This document shows, in pieces, positions 41,451 to 56,290 of a stretch of 64,000 nt of DNA. Positions within the stretch are counted from its first letter, which is position 1, and the number at the start of each line of letters is the position of its first letter. The notes below the pieces were generated by a model. The model worked only from the letters and a program-made list of their open reading frames with translations, did no database searches and had not been told where the DNA came from. Source of the stretch: Azolla caroliniana (lineage: Eukaryota > Plantae > Polypodiophyta); the NCBI GenBank assembly GCA_043228905.1, contig JBHGNT010000056.1:62001-126000 (forward strand), in the 5' to 3' direction. A program made the translations under genes and the position numbers.

Positions 41451-44400
41451 ATATGCTAATTTCTTCATGTCTCTCGACCTGAGTTTCAAAATCTCGATTT
41501 TTTAATTCTATATCATAGCTAGCCTTGTTAGCTTCGATTTGCATGTTTGAACACAGAAATCCGATATCACACGAGCCAGGTATGACCATTTTAATTTACT
41601 CACTGGCTCTTCTCAACTCCCTCCTCAAATATGCTAATTTCCTCATGTCTCTCGACCTGATTTTCAAAATCTCGATTTTTTAATTCTATATCATAGCTAG
41701 CCTTGTTAGTTTCGATTCGCATGTTTGAACACAGAAATCCGATATCACACGAGCCAGGTATGACTATTTTAATTTACTCACACGCTTTTCTCAACTCCCT
41801 CCTCAAATATGCTAATTTCCTCATGTCTCTCGACCTGAGTTTCAAAATCTCGATTTTTTAATTCTATATCAGAGCTAGCCTTGTTAGCTTCGATTCGCAT
41901 GTTTGAACACAGAAATCCGATATCACACGAGCCAGGTATGACCATTTTAATTTACACAAACGCTCTTCTCAACTCCCTCCTCAAATATGCTAATTTCTTC
42001 ATGTCTCTCGACCTGAGTTTCAAAATCTCGATTTTTTAATTCTATATCATAGCTAGCCTTGTTAGCTTCGATTTGCATGTTTGAACACAGAAATCCGATA
42101 TCACACGAGCCAGGTATGACCATTTTAATTTACTCACTGGCTCTTCTCAACTCCCTCCTCAAATATGCTAATTTCTTCATGTCTCTCGACCTGAGTTTCA
42201 AAATCTCGATTTTTTAATTCTATATCATAGCTAGCCTTTTTAGCTTCGATTCGCATGTTTGAACACAGAAATCCGATATCACACGAGCCAGGTATGACCA
42301 TTTTAATTTACTCACTCGCTCTTCTCAACTCCCTCCTCCAGCATGCTAATTTCCTCATGTCTTTCGACGTCAGTTTCGAAATCACGATTTTTTAAGTCTA
42401 TATCATAGCTAGCCTTGTTAGTTTCGATTCGCATGTTTGAACACAAAAATCCGATATCACACGAGCCAGGTATGACCATTTTAATTTACTCACTCGCTCT
42501 TCTCAACTCCCTCCTCAAATATGCTAATTTCCTCATGTCTCTCGACCTGAGTTTCAAAATCACGATTTTTTAATTCTATATCATAGCTAGCCTTGTTAGT
42601 TTCGATTCGCATGTTTGAACACAGAAATCCGATATCACACGAGCCAGGTATGACCATTTTAATTTACTCACACGCTCTTCTCAACTCCCTCCTCAAATAT
42701 GCTAATTTCTTCATGTCTCTCGACCTGAGTTTCAAAATCTTGATTTTTTAAGTCTATATCATAGCTAGCCTTGTTAGTTTCGATTCGCATGTTTGAACAC
42801 AGAAATCCGATATCACACGAGCCAGGTATGACCATTTTAATTTACTCACACGCTCTTCTCAACTCCCTCCTCAAATATGCTAATTTCTTCATGTCTCTTG
42901 ACCTGAGTTTCAAAATCTCGATTTTTTAATTCTATATCATAGCTAGCCTTGTTAGCTTCGATTTGCATGTTTAAACACAGAAATCTGATATTACACGAGC
43001 CAGGTATGACCATTTTAATTTACTCACTGGCTCTTCTCAACTCCCTCCTCAAATATGCTAATTTCCTCATGTCTCTCGACCTGAGTTTCAAAATCTCGAT
43101 TTTTTAATTCTATATCATAGCTAGCCTTGTTAGTTTCGATTCGCATGTTTGAACACAGAAATCCGATATCACACGAGCCAGGTATGACCATTTTAATTTA
43201 CTCACTCGCTCTTCTCAACTCCCTCCTCAAATATGCTAATTTCTTCATGTCTCTCGACCTGAGTTTCAAAATCTCGATTTTTTAATTCTATATCATAGCT
43301 AGCCTTGTTAGCTTCGATTCGCATGTTTGAACACAGAAATCCGATATCACACGAGCCAGGTATGACCATTTTAATTTACTCACACGCTCTTCTCAACTCC
43401 CTCCTCAAATATGCTAATTTCTTCATGTCTCTTGACCTGAGTTTCAAAATCTCGATTTTTTAATTCTATATCATAGCTAGCCTTGTTAGCTTCGATTTGC
43501 ATGTTTGAACACAGAAATCCGATATCACACGAGCCAGGTATGACCATTTTAATTTACTCACTCGCTCTTCTCAACTCCCTCCTCAAATATGCTAATTTCC
43601 TCATGTCTCTCGACCTGAGTTTCAAAATCTCGATTTTTTAATTCTATATCATAGCTAGCCTTGTTAGTTTCGATTCGCATGTTTGAACACAGAAATCCGA
43701 TATCACACGAGCCAGGTATGACCATTTTAATTTACTCACTCGCTCTTCTCAACTCCCTCCTCCAGCATGCTAATTTCCTCATGTCTTTCGACGTCAGTTT
43801 CGAAATCACGATTTTTTAAGTCTATATCATAGCTAGCCTTGTTAGTTTCGATTCGCATGTTTGAACACAGAAATCCGATATCACACGAGCCAGGTATGAC
43901 CATTTTAATTTACTCACACGCTCTTCTCAACTCCCTCCTCAAATATGCTAATTTCTTCATGTCTCTCGACCTGAGTTTCAAAATCTCGATTTTTTAATTC
44001 TATATCATAGCTAGCCTTGTTAGCTTCGATTCGCATGTTTGAACACAGAAATCCGATATCACACGAGCCAGGTATGACCATTTTAATTTACTCACACGCT
44101 CTTCTCAACTCCCTCCTCAAATATGCTAATTTCTTCATGTCTCTTGACCTGAGTTTCAAAATCTCGATTTTTTAATTCTATATCATAGCTAGCCTTGTTA
44201 GCTTCGATTTGCATGTTTGAACACAGAAATCCGATATCACACGAGCCAGGTATGACCATTTTAATTTACTCACTCGCTCTTCTCAACTCCCTCCTCAAAT
44301 ATGCTAATTTCTTCATGTCTCTCGACCTGAGTTTCAAAATCTCGGTTTTTTAATTCTATATCATAGCTAGCCTTGTTAGCTTCGATTTGCATGTTTAAAC

Positions 44401-47400
44401 ACAGAAATCTGATATTACACGAGCCAGGTATGACCATTTTAATTTACTCACTCGCTCTTCTCAACTCCCTCCTCCAGCATGCTAATTTCCTCATGTCTTT
44501 CGACGTCAGTTTCGAAATCACGATTTTTTAAGTCTATATCATAGCTAGCCTTGTTAGTTTCGATTCGCATGTTTGAACACAGAAATCCGATATCACACGA
44601 GCCCGGTATGACCATTTTAATTTACTCACACGCTCTTCTCAACTCCCTCCTCAAATATGCTAATTTCTTCATGTCTCTCGACCTGAGTTTCAAAATCTCG
44701 ATTTTTTAAGTCTATATCATAGCTAGCCTTCTTAGTTTCGATTCGCATGTTTGAACACAGAAATCCGATATCACACGAGCCAGGTATGACCATTTTAATT
44801 TACTCACACGCTCTTCTCAACTCCCTCCTCAAATATGCTAATTTCTTCATGTCTCTCGACCTGAGTTTCAAAATCTCGATTTTTTAATTCTATATCATAG
44901 CTAGCCTTGTTAGCTTCGATTTGCATGTTTGAACACAGAAATCCGATATCACACGAGCCAGGTATGACCATTTTAATTTACTCACTGGCTCTTCTCAACT
45001 CCCTCCTCAAATATGCTAATTTCCTCATGTCTCTCGACCTGATTTTCAAAATCTCGATTTTTTAATTCTATATCATAGCTAGCCTTGTTAGTTTCGATTC
45101 GCATGTTTGAACACAGAAATCCGATATCACACGAGCCAGGTATGACTATTTTAATTTACTCACACGCTTTTCTCAACTCCCTCCTCAAATATGCTAATTT
45201 CCTCATGTCTCTCGACCTGAGTTTCAAAATCTCGATTTTTTAATTCTATATCAGAGCTAGCCTTGTTAGCTTCGATTCGCATGTTTGAACACAGAAATCC
45301 GATATCACACGAGCCAGGTATGACCATTTTAATTTACACAAACGCTCTTCTCAACTCCCTCCTCAAATATGCTAATTTCTTCATGTCTCTCGACCTGAGT
45401 TTCAAAATCTCGATTTTTTAATTCTATATCATAGCTAGCCTTGTTAGCTTCGATTTGCATGTTTGAACACAGAAATCCGATATCACACGAGCCAGGTATG
45501 ACCATTTTAATTTACTCACTGGCTCTTCTCAACTCCCTCCTCAAATATGCTAATTTCTTCATGTCTCTCGACCTGAGTTTCAAAATCTCGATTTTTTAAT
45601 TCTATATCATAGCTAGCCTTTTTAGCTTCGATTCGCATGTTTGAACACAGAAATCCGATATCACACGAGCCAGGTATGACCATTTTAATTTACTCACTCG
45701 CTCTTCTCAACTCCCTCCTCCAGCATGCTAATTTCCTCATGTCTTTCGACGTCAGTTTCGAAATCACGATTTTTTAAGTCTATATCATAGCTAGCCTTGT
45801 TAGTTTCGATTCGCATGTTTGAACACAAAAATCCGATATCACACGAGCCAGGTATGACCATTTTAATTTACTCACTCGCTCTTCTCAACTCCCTCCTCAA
45901 ATATGCTAATTTCCTCATGTCTCTCGACCTGAGTTTCAAAATCACGATTTTTTAATTCTATATCATAGCTAGCCTTGTTAGTTTCGATTCGCATGTTTGA
46001 ACACAGAAATCCGATATCACACGAGCCAGGTATGACCATTTTAATTTACTCACACGCTCTTCTCAACTCCCTCCTCAAATATGCTAATTTCTTCATGTCT
46101 CTCGACCTGAGTTTCAAAATCTTGATTTTTTAAGTCTATATCATAGCTAGCCTTGTTAGTTTCGATTCGCATGTTTGAACACAGAAATCCGATATCACAC
46201 GAGCCAGGTATGACCATTTTAATTTACTCACACGCTCTTCTCAACTCCCTCCTCAAATATGCTAATTTCTTCATGTCTCTTGACCTGAGTTTCAAAATCT
46301 CGATTTTTTAATTCTATATCATAGCTAGCCTTGTTAGCTTCGATTTGCATGTTTAAACACAGAAATCTGATATTACACGAGCCAGGTATGACCATTTTAA
46401 TTTACTCACTGGCTCTTCTCAACTCCCTCCTCAAATATGCTAATTTCCTCATGTCTCTCGACCTGAGTTTCAAAATCTCGATTTTTTAATTCTATATCAT
46501 AGCTAGCCTTGTTAGTTTCGATTCGCATGTTTGAACACAGAAATCCGATATCACACGAGCCAGGTATGACCATTTTAATTTACTCACTCGCTCTTCTCAA
46601 CTCCCTCCTCAAATATGCTAATTTCTTCATGTCTCTCGACCTGAGTTTCAAAATCTCGATTTTTTAATTCTATATCATAGCTAGCCTTGTTAGCTTCGAT
46701 TCGCATGTTTGAACACAGAAATCCGATATCACACGAGCCAGGTATGACCATTTTAATTTACTCACACGCTCTTCTCAACTCCCTCCTCAAATATGCTAAT
46801 TTCTTCATGTCTCTGGACCTGAGTTTCAAAATCTCGATTTTTTAATTCTATATCATAGCTAGCCTTGTTAGCTTCGATTTGCATGTTTGAACACAGAAAT
46901 CCGATATCACACGAGCCAGGTATGACCATTTTAATTTACTCACTCGCTCTTCTCAACTCCCTCCTCAAATATGCTAATTTCCTCATGTCTCTCGACCTGA
47001 GTTTCAAAATCTCGATTTTTTAATTCTATATCATAGCTAGCCTTGTTAGTTTCGATTCGCATGTTTGAACACAGAAATCCGATATCACACGAGCCAGGTA
47101 TGACCATTTTAATTTACTCACTCGCTCTTCTCAACTCCCTCCTCCAGCATGCTAATTTCCTCATGTCTTTCGACGTCAGTTTCGAAATCACGATTTTTTA
47201 AGTCTATATCATAGCTAGCCTTGTTAGTTTCGATTCGCATGTTTGAACACAGAAATCCGATATCACACGAGCCAGGTATGACCATTTTAATTTACTCACA
47301 CGCTCTTCTCAACTCCCTCCTCAAATATGCTAATTTCTTCATGTCTCTCGACCTGAGTTTCAAAATCTCGATTTTTTAATTCTATATCATAGCTAGCCTT

Positions 47401-47850
47401 GTTAGCTTCGATTCGCATGTTTGAACACAGAAATCCGATATCACACGAGCCAGGTATGACCATTTTAATTTACTCACACGCTCTTCTCAACTCCCTCCTC
47501 AAATATGCTAATTTCCTCATGTCTCTCGACCTGAGTTTCAAAATCTCGATTTTTTAATTCTATATCATAGCTAGCCTTGTTAGCTTCGATTTGCATGTTT
47601 GAACACAGAAATCCGATATCACACGAGCCAGGTATGACCATTTTAATTTACTCACTCGCTCTTCTCAACTCCCTCCTCAAATATGCTAATTTCTTCATGT
47701 CTCTCGACCTGAGTTTCAAAATCTCGGTTTTTTAATTCTATATCATAGCTAGCCTTGTTAGCTTCGATTTGCATGTTTAAACACAGAAATCTGATATGAC
47801 ACGAGCCAGGTATGACCATTTTAATTTACTCACTCGCTCTTCTCAACTCC
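40000..47850 (+). repeat. Higher-order repeat, 19-mer (3382 bp), ~2.3 copies
   Basis: CTCGGTTTT 40959/44341/47723, TGACTATT 41761/45143 and CACAAACG 41955/45337 are all +3382. Confidence 0.9.
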
Positions 47851-50330
47851 CTCCTCCACCATGCTAATTTCCTCATGTCTTTCGACGTCAGTTTCGAAAT
47901 CACGATTTTTTAAGTCTATATCATAGCTAGCCTTGTTAGTTTCGATTCGGATGTTTGAACACAGAAATCCGATATCACACGAGCCAGGTATGACCATTTT
48001 AATTTACTCAGTCGCTCTTCTCAACTCCCTCCTCCAGCATGCTAATTTCCTCATGTCTTTCGACGTCAGTTTCGAAATCACGATTTTTTAAGTCTATATC
48101 ATAGCTAGCCTTGTTAGTTTCGATTCGCATGTTTGAACACAGAAATCCGATATCACACGAGCCAGGTATGACCATTTTAATTTACTCACTCGCTCTTCTC
48201 AACTCCCTCCTCAAATATGCTAATTTCCTCATGTCTCTCGACCTGAGTTTCAAAATCTCGATTTTTTAATTCTATATCATAGCTAGCCTTGTTAGCTTCG
48301 ATTCGCATGTTTGAACACAGAAATCCGATATCACACGAGCCAGGTATGACCATTTTAATTTACTCACTGGCTCTTCTCAACTCCCTCCTCAAATATGCTA
48401 ATTTCTTCATGTCTCTCGACCTGAGTTTCAAAATCTCGATTTTTTAATTCTATATCATAGCTAGCCTTGTTAGCTTCGATTTGCATGTTTGAACACAGAA
48501 ATCCGATATCACACGAGCCAGGTATGACCATTTTAATTTACTCACTCGCTCTTCTCAACTCCCTCCTCAAATATGCTAATTTCTTCATGTCTCTCGACCT
48601 GAGTTTCGAAATCACGATTTTTTAAGTCTATATCATAGCTAGCCTTGTTAGTTTCGATTTGCATGTTTGAACACAGAAATCCGATATCACACGAGCCAGG
48701 TATGACCATTTTAATTTACTCACTCGCTCTTCTCAACTCCCTCCTCAAATATGCTAATTTCCTCATGTCTCTCGACCTGAGTTTCAAAATCTCGATTTTT
48801 TAATTCTATATCATAGCTAGCCTTGTTAGTTTCGATTCGCATGTTTGAACACAGAAATCCGATATCACACGAGCCAGGTATGACCATTTTAATTTACTCA
48901 CTCGCTCTTCTCAACTCCCTCCTCCAGCATGCTAATTTCCTCATGTCTTTCGACGTCAGTTTCGAAATCACGATTTTTTAAGTCTATATCATAGCTAGCC
49001 TTGTTAGTTTCGATTCGCATGTTTGAACACAGAAATCCGATATCACACGAGCCAGGTATGACCATTTTAATTTACTCACACGCTCTTCTCAACTCCCTCC
49101 TCAAATATGCTAATTTCTTCATGTCTCTCGACCTGAGTTTCAAAATCTCGATTTTTTAATTCTATATCATAGCTAGCCTTGTTAGCTTCGATTCGCATGT
49201 TTGAACACAGAAATCCGATATCACACGAGCCAGGTATGACCATTTTAATTTACTCACACGCTCTTCTCAACTCCCTCCTCAAATATGCTAATTTCCTCAT
49301 GTCTCTCGACCTGAGTTTCAAAATCTCGATTTTTTAATTCTATATCATAGCTAGCCTTGTTAGCTTCGATTTGCATGTTTGAACACAGAAATCCGATATC
49401 ACACGAGCCAGGTATGACCATTTTAATTTACTCACTCGCTCTTCTCAACTCCCTCCTCAAATATGCTAATTTCTTCATGTCTCTCGACCTGAGTTTCAAA
49501 ATCTCGGTTTTTTAATTCTATATCATAGCTAGCCTTGTTAGCTTCGATTTGCATGTTTAAACACAGAAATCTGATATGACACGAGCCAGGTATGACCATT
49601 TTAATTTACTCACTCGCTCTTCTCAACTCCCTCCTCCACCATGCTAATTTCCTCATGTCTTTCGACGTCAGTTTCGAAATCACGATTTTTTAAGTCTATA
49701 TCATAGCTAGCCTTGTTAGTTTCGATTCGGATGTTTGAACACAGAAATCCGATATCACACGAGCCAGGTATGACCATTTTAATTTACTCAGTCGCTCTTC
49801 TCAACTCCCTCCTCCAGCATGCTAATTTCCTCATGTCTTTCGACGTCAGTTTCGAAATCACGATTTTTTAAGTCTATATCATAGCTAGCCTTGTTAGTTT
49901 CGATTCGCATGTTTGAACACAGAAATCCGATATCACACGAGCCAGGTATGACCATTTTAATTTACTCACTCGCTCTTCTCAACTCCCTCCTCAAATATGC
50001 TAATTTCCTCATGTCTCTCGACCTGAGTTTCAAAATCTCGATTTTTTAATTCTATATCATAGCTAGCCTTGTTAGCTTCGATTCGCATGTTTGAACACAG
50101 AAATCCGATATCACACGAGCCAGGTATGACCATTTTAATTTACTCACTGGCTCTTCTCAACTCCCTCCTCAAATATGCTAATTTCTTCATGTCTCTCGAC
50201 CTGAGTTTCAAAATCTCGATTTTTTAATTCTATATCATAGCTAGCCTTGTTAGCTTCGATTTGCATGTTTGAACACAGAAATCCGATATCACACGAGCCA
50301 GGTATGACCATTTTAATTTACTCACTCGCT
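46900..50330 (+). repeat. Higher-order duplication, 10-mer (1780 bp), ~2 copies
   Basis: CTCGG 47723/49503, CTGATATGAC 47791/49571, CTCCACCATG ~47854/49634 and TTCGGATG ~47947/49727 are all +1780. Confidence 0.9.
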
Positions 50331-53300
50331 CCTCTCAACTCCCTCCTCAAATATGCTAATTTCCTCATGTCTCTCGACCTGAGTTTCAAAATCACGATTT
50401 TTTAATTCTATATCATAGCTAGCCTTGTTAGTTTCGATTCGCATGTTTGAACACAGAAATCCGATATCACACGAGCCAGGTATGACCATTTTAATTTACT
50501 CACACGCTCTTCTCAACTCCCTCCTCAAATATGCTAATTTCTTCATGTCTCTCGACCTGAGTTTCAAAATCTTGATTTTTTAATTCTATATCATAGCTAG
50601 CCTTGTTAGCTTCGATTCGCATGTTTGAACACAGAAATCCGATATCACACGAGCCAGGTATGACCATTTTAATTTACTCACACGCTCTTCTCAACTCCCT
50701 CCTCAAATATGCTAATTTCTTCATGTCTCTTGACCTGAGTTTCAAAATCTCGATTTTTTAATTCTATATCATAGCTAGCCTTGTTAGCTTCGATTTGCAT
50801 GTTTAAACACAGAAATCTGATATTACACGAGCCAGGTATGACCATTTTAATTTACTCACTGGCTCTTCTCAACTCCCTCCTCAAATATGCTAATTTCCTC
50901 ATGTCTCTCGACCTGAGTTTCAAAATCTCGATTTTTTAATTCTATATCATAGCTAGCCTTGTTAGTTTCGATTCGCATGTTTGAACACAGAAATCCGATA
51001 TCACACGAGCCAGGTATGACCATTTTAATTTACTCACTCGCTCTTCTCAACTCCCTCCTCAAATATGCTAATTTCTTCATGTCTCTCGACCTGAGTTTCA
51101 AAATCTCGATTTTTTAATTCTATATCATAGCTAGCCTTGTTAGCTTCGATTCGCATGTTTGAACACAGAAATCCGATATCACACGAGCCAGGTATGACCA
51201 TTTTAATTTACTCACTCGCTCTTCTCAACTCCCTCCTCAAATATGCTAATTTCCTCATGTCTTTCGACGTCAGTTTCAAAATCTTGATTTTTTAATTCTA
51301 TATCATAGCTAGCGTTCTTAGTTTCGATTCGCATGTTTGAACACAGAAATCCGATATCACACGAGCCAGGTATGACCATTTTAATTTACTCACACGCTCT
51401 TCTCAACTCCCTCCTCCAGCATGCTAATTTCCTCATGTCTTTCGACGTCAGTTTCGAAATCACGATTTTTTAAGTCTATATCATAGCTAGCCTTGTTAGT
51501 TTCGATTCGCATGTTTGAACACAGAAATCCGATATCACACGAGCCCGGTATGACCATTTTAATTTACTCACACGCTCTTCTCAACTCCCTCCTCAAATAT
51601 GCTAATTTCTTCATGTCTCTCGACCTGAGTTTCAAAATCTCGATTTTTTAATTCTATATCATAGCTAGCCTTGTTAGCTTCGATTTGCATGTTTGAACAC
51701 AGAAATCCGATATCACACGAGCCAGGTATGACCATTTTAATTTACTCACTGGCTCTTCTGAACTCCCTCCTCAAATATGCTAATTTCCTCATGTCTCTCG
51801 ACCTGAGTTTCAAAATCTCGATTTTTTAATTCTATATCATAGCTAGCCTTGTTAGTTTCGATTCGCATGTTTGAACACAGAAATCCGATATCACACGAGC
51901 CAGGTATGACCATTTTAATTTACTCACTCGCTCTTCTCAACTCCCTCCTCAAATATGCTAATTTCTTCATGTCTCTCGACCTGAGTTTCAAAATCTCGAT
52001 TTTTTAATTCTATATCATAGCTAGCCTTGTTAGCTTCGATTCGCATGTTTGAACACAGAAATCCGATATCACACGAGCCAGGTATGACCATTTTAATTTA
52101 CTCACACGCTCTTCTCAACTCCCTCCTCAAATATGCTAATTTCTTCATGTCTCTTGACCTGAGTTTCAAAATCACGATTTTTTAATTCTATATCATAGCT
52201 AGCCTTGTTAGTTTCGATTCGCATGTTTGAACACAGAAATCCGATATCACACGAGCCAGGTATGACCATTTTAATTTACTCACTGGCTCTTCTCAACTCC
52301 CTCCTCAAATATGCTAATTTCCTCATGTCTCTCGACCTGAGATTCAAAATCTCGATTTTTTAATTCTATATCATAGCTAGCCTTGTTAGTTTCGATTCGC
52401 ATGTTTGAACACAGAAATCCGATATCACACGAGCCAGGTATGACCATTTTAATTTACTCACTCGCTCTTCTCAACTCCCTCCTCAAATATGCTAATTTCC
52501 TCATGTCTCTCGACCTGAGTTTCAAAATCACGATTTTTTAATTCTATATCATAGCTAGCCTTGTTAGTTTCGATTCGGATGTTTGAACACAGAAATCCGA
52601 TATCACACGAGCCAGGTATGACCATTTTAATTTACTCAGTCGCTCTTCTCAACTCCCTCCTCCAGCATGCTAATTTCCTCATGTCTTTCGACGTCAGTTT
52701 CGAAATCTCGATTTTTTAAGTCTATATCATAGCTAGCCTTCTTAGTTTCGATTCGCATGTTTGAACACAGAAATCCGATATCACACGAGCCAGGTATGAC
52801 CATTTTAATTTACTCACACGCTCTTCTCAACTCCCTCCTCAAATATGCTAATTTCTTCATGTCTCTCGACCTGAGTTTCAAAATCTCGATTTTTTAATTC
52901 TATATCATAGCTAGCCTTGTTAGCTTCGATTTGCATGTTTGAACACAGAAATCCGATATCACACGAGCCAGGTATGACCATTTTAATTTACTCACTGGCT
53001 CTTCTCAACTCCCTCCTCAAATATGCTAATTTCCTCATGTCTCTCGACCTGATTTTCAAAATCTCGATTTTTTAATTCTATATCATAGCTAGCCTTGTTA
53101 GTTTCGATTCGCATGTTTGAACACAGAAATCCGATATCACACGAGCCAGGTATGACCATTTTAATTTACTCACTCGCTCTGCTCAACTCCCTCCTCAAAT
53201 ATGCTAATTTCCTCATGTCTCTCGACCTGAGTTTCAAAATCACGATTTTTTAATTCTATATCATAGCTAGCCTTGTTAGTTTCGATTCGGATGTTTGAAC

Positions 53301-56290
53301 ACAGAAATCCGATATCACACGAGCCAGGTATGACCATTTTAATTTACTCAGTCGCTCTTCTCAACTCCCTCCTCCAGCATGCTAATTTCCTCATGTCTTT
53401 CGACGTCAGTTTCGAAATCACGATTTTTTAAGTCTATATCATAGCTAGCCTTGTTAGTTTCGATTCGCATGTTTGAACACAGAAATCCGATATCACACGA
53501 GCCAGGTATGACCATTTTAATTTACTCACACGCTCTTCTCAACTCCCTCCTCAAATATGCTAATTTCCTCATGTCTCTCGACCTGAGTTTCAAAATCTCG
53601 ATTTTTTAATTCTATATCATAGCTAGCCTTGTTAGCTTCGATTCGCATGTTTGAACACAGAAATCCGATATCACACGAGCCAGGTATGACCATTTTAATT
53701 TACTCACTCGCTCTTCTCAACTCCCTCCTCAAATATGCTAATTTCTTCATGTCTCTCGACCTGAGTTTCAAAATCTCGATTTTTTAATTCTATATCATAG
53801 CTAGCCTTGTTAGCTTCGATTTGCATGTTTGAACACAGAAATCCGATATCACACGAGCCAGGTATGACCATTTTAATTTACTCACTCGCTCTTCTCAACT
53901 CCCTCCTCAAATATGCTAATTTCCTCATGTCTCTCGACCTGAGTTTCAAAATCACGATTTTTTAATTCTATATCATAGCTAGCCTTGTTAGTTTCGATTC
54001 GCATGTTTGAACACAGAAATCCGATATCACACGAGCCAGGTATGACCATTTTAATTTACTCACACGCTCTTCTCAACTCCCTCCTCAAATATGCTAATTT
54101 CTTCATGTCTCTCGACCTGAGTTTCAAAATCTTGATTTTTTAATTCTATATCATAGCTAGCCTTGTTAGCTTCGATTCGCATGTTTGAACACAGAAATCC
54201 GATATGACACGAGCCAGGTATGACCATTTTAATTTACTCACACGCTCTTCTCAACTCCCTCCTCAAATATGCTAATTTCTTCATGTCTCTTGACCTGAGT
54301 TTCAAAATCTCGATTTTTTAATTCTATATCATAGCTAGCCTTGTTAGCTTCGATTTGCATGTTTAAACACAGAAATCTGATATTACACGAGCCAGGTATG
54401 ACCATTTTAATTTACTCACTGGCTCTTCTCAACTCCCTCCTCAAATATGCTAATTTCCTCATGTCTCTCGACCTGAGTTTCAAAATCTCGATTTTTTAAT
54501 TCTATATCATAGCTAGCCTTGTTAGTTTCGATTCGCATGTTTGAACACAGAAATCCGATATCACACGAGCCAGGTATGACCATTTTAATTTATTCACTCG
54601 CTCTTCTCAACTCCCTCCTCAAATATGCTAATTTCTTCATGTCTCTCGACCTGAGTTTCAAAATCTCGATTTTTTAATTCTATATCATAGCTAGCCTTGT
54701 TAGCTTCGATTCGCATGTTTGAACACAGAAATCCGATATCACACGAGCCAGGTATGACCATTTTAATTTACTCACTCGCTCTTCTCAACTCCCTCCTCAA
54801 ATATGCTAATTTCCTCATGTCTTTCGACGTCAGTTTCAAAATCTTGATTTTTTAATTCTATATCATAGCTAGCGTTCTTAGTTTCGATTCGCATGTTTGA
54901 ACACAGAAATCCGATATCACACGAGCCAGGTATGACCATTTTAATTTACTCACACGCTCTTCTCAACTCCCTCCTCCAGCATGCTAATTTCCTCATGTCT
55001 TTCGACGTCAGTTTCGAAATCACGATTTTTTAAGTCTATATCATAGCTAGCCTTGTTAGTTTCGATTCGCATGTTTGAACACAGAAATCCGATATCACAC
55101 GAGCCCGGTATGACCATTTTAATTTACTCACACGCTCTTCTCAACTCCCTCCTCAAATATGCTAATTTCTTCATGTCTCTCGACCTGAGTTTCAAAATCT
55201 CGATTTTTTAATTCTATATCATAGCTAGCCTTGTTAGCTTCGATTTGCATGTTTGAACACAGAAATCCGATATCACACGAGCCAGGTATGACCATTTTAA
55301 TTTACTCACTGGCTCTTCTGAACTCCCTCCTCAAATATGCTAATTTCCTCATGTCTCTCGACCTGAGTTTCAAAATCTCGATTTTTTAATTCTATATCAT
55401 AGCTAGCCTTGTTAGTTTCGATTCGCATGTTTGAACACAGAAATCCGATATCACACGAGCCAGGTATGACCATTTTAATTTACTCACTCGCTCTTCTCAA
55501 CTCCCTCCTCAAATATGCTAATTTCTTCATGTCTCTCGACCTGAGTTTCAAAATCTCGATTTTTTAATTCTATATCATAGCTAGCCTTGTTAGCTTCGAT
55601 TCGCATGTTTGAACACAGAAATCCGATATCACACGAGCCAGGTATGACCATTTTAATTTACTCACACGCTCTTCTCAACTCCCTCCTCAAATATGCTAAT
55701 TTCTTCATGTCTCTTGACCTGAGTTTCAAAATCACGATTTTTTAATTCTATATCATAGCTAGCCTTGTTAGTTTCGATTCGCATGTTTGAACACAGAAAT
55801 CCGATATCACACGAGCCAGGTATGACCATTTTAATTTACTCACTGGCTCTTCTCAACTCCCTCCTCAAATATGCTAATTTCCTCATGTCTCTCGACCTGA
55901 GATTCAAAATCTCGATTTTTTAATTCTATATCATAGCTAGCCTTGTTAGTTTCGATTCGCATGTTTGAACACAGAAATCCGATATCACACGAGCCAGGTA
56001 TGACCATTTTAATTTACTCACTCGCTCTTCTCAACTCCCTCCTCAAATATGCTAATTTCCTCATGTCTCTCGACCTGAGTTTCAAAATCACGATTTTTTA
56101 ATTCTATATCATAGCTAGCCTTGTTAGTTTCGATTCGGATGTTTGAACACAGAAATCCGATATCACACGAGCCAGGTATGACCATTTTAATTTACTCAGT
56201 CGCTCTTCTCAACTCCCTCCTCCAGCATGCTAATTTCCTCATGTCTTTCGACGTCAGTTTCGAAATCTCGATTTTTTAAGTCAATATCAT
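49700..56290 (+). repeat. Duplication with 20-monomer offset (3560 bp)
   Basis: AGCGTTCTTA 51311/54871, CTTCTGAAC ~51755/55315, GAGATTC ~52339/55899, and TTCGG ~49727/53287 and ~52574/56134 are all +3560. Confidence 0.88.
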
